Shown here in pieces: positions 60,101-64,000 of a DNA stretch of 64,000 nucleotides. The notes below the pieces were generated by a model. That model had not been told where the DNA came from. It saw only the letters and a program-made list of their open reading frames with translations, and ran no database searches. A program made the translations under genes and the position numbers. Location of the stretch: contig DASZRG010000043.1 in the NCBI GenBank assembly GCA_035549295.1, forward strand, positions 1,910-65,909, in the 5' to 3' direction. This DNA is from Patescibacteria group bacterium (GTDB lineage: Bacteria; Patescibacteriota; Microgenomatia; Levybacterales; GWA1-39-11). Position 1 is the stretch's first letter. Each line of letters begins with the position of its first letter.

Positions 60101-60499
60101 CTTGTAATGCTTATTATTCCAATTGCTGTTTCCGGTGTATTTGTAATTTTTGCACTTACTGGAACTCCGCTTTCATTCCCAGCTCTCATTGGAATTCTTT
60201 CACTTTTTGGAATTGTCGTAACTCATGCGATGGTCCTAGTCGATAGAATTAATCTAAATAGAAAATCAGGACTTCCTTTCTCAACTTCTATCGCCGATGC
60301 TGCAGCAGCCAGACTTGAACCAATATTCTTGGGATCATTTACTACTATCGTCGGACTCGTACCAATAACAATTTCAAACCCTCTCTGGCGCGGACTCGGT
60401 GGAGCAATTGTCGCGGGTCTCTCATTCTCAATATTTATAATGCTTTTCTTCGTACCGACAGTATACTATATGTGGTTCAAGCCGAGTTCGGAGAAGTAG
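57173..60499 (+). CDS. RND efflux permease (AcrB family)
   Basis: LGLLVDDSIVI, RLEPIFL, 1108 aa. Confidence 0.95.
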   Translation: MAIKSYLSNLKFDPKLRDSFKAKYLNNIRLVILFVLFLFVVGTSSFLRLPKRLNPEIKIPIVSVTTVLPGAGPNDIESLVTIPIEDGLNGLPNKTDIDSTSSESVSNITIQFTSGTDSEKAKQDVKSALDSVTTLPTDATAPTIQTFDIENQPVWIFAIKTNADPATLSRFATSLQDKLKSNSNIDHVDISGIDKQEFQILLKQDTLSNYNANPMQIASAVKAALKSYPAGDVDTENSSFPIGIDAPITSAADIRNLNINLSGEILKLGDIATVSEKTAPNAQQAYYADSNFSAQKVVTFSVFKTKSADITDAAADAKKITNQTISSYQNVFQVVNVQDTATEVNKQFNDLISNFISTIILVFITFLVFLGVRQALIVSITIPLTFLSAFTVMYYAGLSINFLSLFSLLLSLGLLVDDSIVIITGITSYYKTKKFTPQEAGLLVWRDFIVPIWSTTITTVWAFIPLLLATGIIGEFIKTIPIVVAATLYSSTTIAVLITLPLMMVTLHLKMPKRVKLLLVALGVIFLIMLISPFTSGNAFGGLILILYLAFIFVTFKIRYRIAEKIAERIQPSNRKRVSQFFNQFLNRGIIDLEIIGERYKGIISRILENKNSRRKVIAAIIIFTVFAYLLVPTGFVVNEFFPKENANILYVTEELPAGTKIETTNREALDLANLLRKTNGVNHVTSQVGSAIDETGNSFVSGNNILQVTLDLPDPDKQKITSIDMATALREKFKSYTKGKIAVVEESGGPPAGADVQIQILGDDLQKLDGYADQISAFLNKQSGVVNVNKSIKPGVSKITFVPDFAKISQNGLTIDTVGFTLRTYISGNKIDTVKFNNSTDSEDIVLRQNGVNASPEELGAINITNQQGAVIPLSDLGQFALKTNPTQITRHNNKRTITISAGVSAGYSVTTINKKLEDFANTKLGLPDDYTWQTGGVNDENNKSVQSILQAMLLAGILIFGTMVIQFTSYRQALLVMLIIPIAVSGVFVIFALTGTPLSFPALIGILSLFGIVVTHAMVLVDRINLNRKSGLPFSTSIADAAAARLEPIFLGSFTTIVGLVPITISNPLWRGLGGAIVAGLSFSIFIMLFFVPTVYYMWFKPSSEK

Positions 60500-60603
60500 A
60501 GTATCAAGGGTATCAGGAGTATCAAGAGTATCACGAGCTGATTTCCAATTTACATTTGACAATTGACCATTGACCCCGATTGAATCGGGGCTGACAATTG
60601 ACC
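60500..60603. repeat. Composite of a nonamer arm and a heptamer arm interrupted by a palindrome
   Basis: agtatcaag ggtatcagg agtatcaag agtatcacg; acatttg acaattg accattg [ccccgattgaatcgggg] acaattg. Confidence 0.8.
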
Positions 60604-60676
60604 GATAAAACTCGTTAACTCGTAGCTTTGCTTAATACTTACTACAGAATACTTTATACAGGAGATAACCTGGGGA

Positions 60677-60726
60677 CTACGCTATGAATTCTCGGAGTGG
60701 GCAATCTGTTGTTTACACGAAGCTTT
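60677..60726 (-). pseudogene. Displaced duplicate of the nth 3' end
   Basis: Reads KASCK-(1-nt gap)-TDCPLREFIA* versus nth KASCKHADCPLREFIVM*. Confidence 0.85.
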
Positions 60727-61468
60727 AATAAGCATAAGAGGGATTCGTGTGTACTTTCTTAAGATTTATATTCATATCATATTCAATTGCATATTTGATG
60801 TTTTCAGCAGGTATATCGGGTATTGTAATTTCCTCCTCATCTACTTGTTTAAATGCCTTACTCCCAACATCAACAATACTATAAGGATCGATAATATAAA
60901 CAAATCGACTGATAGTATTATTGGGTATATTAATCTCCTCTGGATAACGTACTGCTATATCTAAAAATGGAGTATTATAAATTACGTCCGTATCCGCGTT
61001 GTCTGGATCCTGCATTGCCTTAAATCCTGTTGTAAACATTCCCCCGTCTCCCTCTGGACGTCTCAAATCACCGCGGAATAAAAAGTCCATATCAATAGAT
61101 TCTTTTATTATCTCTTCCAGTCCCCTACTTAATTCTTCTGGTTCAGCAATACTATCAACCCTAGAAGAGAAAACACCACCATCTCCACTACTTCTCATTT
61201 CGTCGATGATACCTTTTATTCTTCTATCTATAAGTCTTTGTTTTTTAATCTTTTCTTCTTCTTTTGCTTTTCTAAAATTATCCTGAAATCTTGCGGCTGG
61301 AAACTTACTGATAAATGCACCCATATCAACGACTATATAGTCATCTTCGCCTCTTCTTTCGAACCCATTAACTGTTCCTATCATTCCTTTCTTATTTGCA
61401 ACCCTATCTCCAGGAGAAAAAACTGGTGTTCCATCATTTATCTCTATAGATGAAGTATCTTCCGCCAT
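60725..61468 (-). CDS. Putative ADP-ribosyltransferase (toxin-type) with N-terminal SH3/CarD-like domain
   Basis: LFRGDLRRP...GF, FVYII, EEEITIPDIPAENI; N-terminal FSPGDRV...GTV. Confidence 0.6.
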   Translation of the reverse strand: MAEDTSSIEINDGTPVFSPGDRVANKKGMIGTVNGFERRGEDDYIVVDMGAFISKFPAARFQDNFRKAKEEEKIKKQRLIDRRIKGIIDEMRSSGDGGVFSSRVDSIAEPEELSRGLEEIIKESIDMDFLFRGDLRRPEGDGGMFTTGFKAMQDPDNADTDVIYNTPFLDIAVRYPEEINIPNNTISRFVYIIDPYSIVDVGSKAFKQVDEEEITIPDIPAENIKYAIEYDMNINLKKVHTNPSYAY

Positions 61469-61472
61469 ATGC

Positions 61473-62093
61473 TTACATTACAATAAATTCTCTTAGAGGG
61501 CAATCTGCGTGTTTACATGAAGCTTTACAATAAGTTCTACCATACCAAATAAGTCCCAAGCCAAATTCTCGCCAGTCTTTTTGTGGAACAATTTCCATAA
61601 GATCTTTTTCAATTTTTACAGGATCTGAATTTTTTGAAAGACCAAATAGATTTGATAAACGCTTAACGTGAGTATCAACTACTACACCTTCTGATTTACC
61701 AAAGGCTTCTTGCAAAATTACGTTTGCAGTTTTGCGACCGATAAAAGGAAGCTCTAATAATTCCTCCATCGTCTCAGGCATTTTTCCTTTGTATTTTTCC
61801 GCAACAATATCTGCTGCATTTTTGATAGCTTTTGATTTTCCTTTATGAAAATTTATACTCTTAATATCAGTGTCAAATTCTTCAAGCGATGCTGTTCGAT
61901 AGTCTTCAAGCTTTTTATATTTCTTAAACAACGACTCAGTAACTTTATTCACACCAACGTCTGTCTGTTGAGCCGAAAGTGCTACAGCAACATATAACTC
62001 CCACGGATTACTATGATTAAGTGGTGTTTTGGCGTGAGGAAAAAGTTTTTTTAATTGAGCACTTATCTTTTCAGCCTTTTGTTTCTTGTCCAT
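61473..62093 (-). CDS. nth: Endonuclease III
   Basis: LSAQQTD, LPFIGRKTANV, VVDTHV; start placed at MDKKQ. Confidence 0.93.
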   Translation of the reverse strand: MDKKQKAEKISAQLKKLFPHAKTPLNHSNPWELYVAVALSAQQTDVGVNKVTESLFKKYKKLEDYRTASLEEFDTDIKSINFHKGKSKAIKNAADIVAEKYKGKMPETMEELLELPFIGRKTANVILQEAFGKSEGVVVDTHVKRLSNLFGLSKNSDPVKIEKDLMEIVPQKDWREFGLGLIWYGRTYCKASCKHADCPLREFIVM

Positions 62094-62102
62094 ATCGCAA
62101 TT

Positions 62103-62159
62103 GTCATTCTGAACTTGTTTCAGAATCTCGTCTAGGTCCTGAATCAAGTTCAGGACGGC
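62103..62159. repeat. REP-like doublet (GTCAT family)
   Basis: gtcattctgaacttgtttcagaatct cgtct aggtcctgaatcaagttcaggacggc. Confidence 0.85.
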
Positions 62160-62165
62160 GTGGTT

Positions 62166-63161
62166 TTACTCTCCAATAATCTCTCCAAACACTTTTGCAA
62201 GTCGCTTCGGGTCGTGTCGAATCATGCTTCTTTTAACTATATCTCCCTGCTGTGCCTCTATCTCTTTTCTAAACAAAATTGGAGCTCTTATAACTTTCAT
62301 GGCAGGCGGCAAATCTTTATATGAATCAAGATCATCAACTACAGGAATTGAGAATTCGTCTTTATACTTTTCAATAGTACTCGCGGGGAATTTAGTATCA
62401 TTGTTTATGAGAACAATATTTATTCTATCAATAGGCATGTATTGCTTCAGATCCTCGAGATATTGTGACGCAGTATAGTTGTACGCCTCTCCATATTTTG
62501 TCATGAGATTCATAACAAATACAATTTTGCCACCCGATGCATTGAGAGCATCAACCACTCCATTAATAACAAGATTTGCCACAGTATTGGTATAGAAATC
62601 ACCGGGACCAAGAATAATTGTGTCAGCTTCAAGAATTGCTTCACGTGCCTTCTCAGTCACAGTAGCGTCAGGTCTTGTAAAAAGCTTTGTGATTTTGAGC
62701 TTTCCATCATGTTCTGGCTCATCAATAAGATGCTCCCCTACTACTTCTGAGCCGTCTTCGTAATGCGCTACAAGTCTCACATCTTCATGAGATATCGGAA
62801 GAATACGACCCTTAACCTTTAAAATTTCTGACGTCTGCTCAATCGCTTTCTCTTGTGACCCAACAATATCCGTAACGGCTGCTAGAAAAAGATTACCAAA
62901 CGTCATTCCAGAAATTCCCTGACCTTTGTTATAACGATACATGAAAAGCTCACGAAGAAGAGATGGCTTTGAAGAAAGAGCTGCCAAAGCAAGCCTAACA
63001 CCCGACGTGGGAAGAAGACCAAATTCGTCGCGGAGAACCTTGTTGGAGCCTCCATCATCAACCATCGTTAAAAGGGCTGTTAGATCATAACCCTTATTAT
63101 GAAGCGACGAAAGGACAGTATAGGTACCCGTTCCACCACCTATAACTACGACTTTTTTCAT
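62166..63161 (-). CDS. YvcK/GlmR (CofD-like) family protein
   Basis: VVIGGGTG, DDGGS, ILGPGDFYT, RHDP; start placed at MKKVV. Confidence 0.92.
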   Translation of the reverse strand: MKKVVVIGGGTGTYTVLSSLHNKGYDLTALLTMVDDGGSNKVLRDEFGLLPTSGVRLALAALSSKPSLLRELFMYRYNKGQGISGMTFGNLFLAAVTDIVGSQEKAIEQTSEILKVKGRILPISHEDVRLVAHYEDGSEVVGEHLIDEPEHDGKLKITKLFTRPDATVTEKAREAILEADTIILGPGDFYTNTVANLVINGVVDALNASGGKIVFVMNLMTKYGEAYNYTASQYLEDLKQYMPIDRINIVLINNDTKFPASTIEKYKDEFSIPVVDDLDSYKDLPPAMKVIRAPILFRKEIEAQQGDIVKRSMIRHDPKRLAKVFGEIIGE

Positions 63162-63237
63162 GCGTGATCGTATTATAGCATCATGAATGCTCTCATGCGA
63201 GCCTATAGAATTGCAATTGAACACGCTTCCCCAATTT

Positions 63238-63358
63238 ACCCGAATACAATCGAATAAACCCGAATGCCCGGTTTGAATAATATTCTTTAGATAAACACAA
63301 GCGTTCGTTAATCATAGTACTATTCGAGAGTCATTCGGGGCATTCGGGAAAATTAGGG
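63238..63358. repeat. Gene-less CGAAT/ATTCG inverted element
   Basis: CGAAT at 63241, 63251, 63261; ATTCG at 63322, 63333, 63342. Confidence 0.8.
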
Positions 63359-63365
63359 CACAGAG

Positions 63366-63746
63366 TTACTTCTTCTTAATCCCTCTAAATAGGCGTTTTT
63401 TAGAGCTGGAACTTTTTGTGGCAGTCACTTCTTTAACTGGCTCATCAGGCTCTGCTTCGTCAATTTTCTCATCAATAACATCTTCCTCAACAATTTCAGA
63501 TTTTATATCCTCAGCTGCCTGAATTTCATCTTCTTCGTCAAGAATCGTGACAGGAGGCTTGACTTTTTGAGTATGTTTTTTCTCCTCAATAAAGTCCTCG
63601 ACCATTTCAAGGCCAAGACCGGTAATTTCTTTGAGAATCCTTCTACCCTTTTTTGTAACAAGCAAAGAGGCAAAAATGGCGCCTAATATAAAGCCCCACA
63701 GAAATGCGTTGGTTCCGTTTTTAGCATGCTTATTCGTCTCCATCAC
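63366..63746 (-). CDS. YtxH-like membrane protein
   Basis: FLWGFILGAIFASLL..KKGRR followed by an acidic tail. Confidence 0.7.
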   Translation of the reverse strand: MMETNKHAKNGTNAFLWGFILGAIFASLLVTKKGRRILKEITGLGLEMVEDFIEEKKHTQKVKPPVTILDEEDEIQAAEDIKSEIVEEDVIDEKIDEAEPDEPVKEVTATKSSSSKKRLFRGIKKK

Positions 63747-63999
63747 TTTCCTTTACACGCTTTAAAATTTTTGAGATCGTGGAAAGGGATTTTGAAGAAA
63801 AAAGAAGGCCTGACAGAAACGACATAGGCTCAGATACTGATTCTGTGATATTCTCAGTGTTTTCAAGAATTTTTGTCGCGTGAAAAAGAGTTTGCTTCAA
63901 CTCCCGAAGTATGAAGAAGACTTGCACACCAAGTACAAGAAGAAGTAGAGTCAGTAAAACAATCACGACAAGCAAAACTGCCTGGACAGGGTCGATCAT
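63730..63999 (-). CDS. Small membrane protein (DUF948-like)
   Basis: TM helix plus amphipathic coil; adjacent to the YtxH-like gene. Confidence 0.6.
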   Translation of the reverse strand: MIDPVQAVLLVVIVLLTLLLLVLGVQVFFILRELKQTLFHATKILENTENITESVSEPMSFLSGLLFSSKSLSTISKILKRVKESDGDE

Positions 64000-64000
64000 G

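Noticed and set aside
1-64000. Alternative genetic code (UGA=Gly) as in Gracilibacteria/SR1
   Set aside because: Long genes are open under code 11, and TGA ends dipZ and aclB at expected positions.

Overview
Core-genome segment of a Patescibacteria (CPR) bacterium, probably Microgenomates (inferred from gene content, short RpoB/L2/AlaRS, sortase and AMP phosphorylase). It uses standard code 11. The minus strand carries rpoB-rpoC-rpsL-rpsG-fusA-tuf-rpsJ and the S10/spc ribosomal protein genes in ancestral order, broken by blocks of accessory genes (ATP-citrate lyase, DipZ/MsrB, chromate transporter and others); AMP phosphorylase, sortase and an RND pump lie upstream of rpoB. No rRNA, tRNA, CRISPR, integrase or transposase was seen. 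The most striking signal is non-coding. Almost every intergenic spacer, including all 10 long spacers between rplB and rplF, holds a degenerate periodic repeat (period 6, 7, 8, 9 or about 10 nt), usually as two inverted arms. Two such elements enclose a gene: a four-helix-bundle gene inside 7-mer arms and a GxxExxY nuclease gene inside CGAAT arms, each with mirror-image core spacing. Gene-less copies of the same arms occur elsewhere, suggesting a family of loaded and empty mobile or RNA-structural elements. Also found: two single-gene islets inserted at the 3' ends of msrB and nth with duplicated gene tails, carrying putative effector genes (Tiki/EreA-like; CarD-like plus ADP-ribosyltransferase); a two-copy 97-bp structured element; REP-like palindromes, some in-frame inside genes; terminator-like leaders before rplC, tuf, fusA and rpoB; and widespread leaderless promoters.
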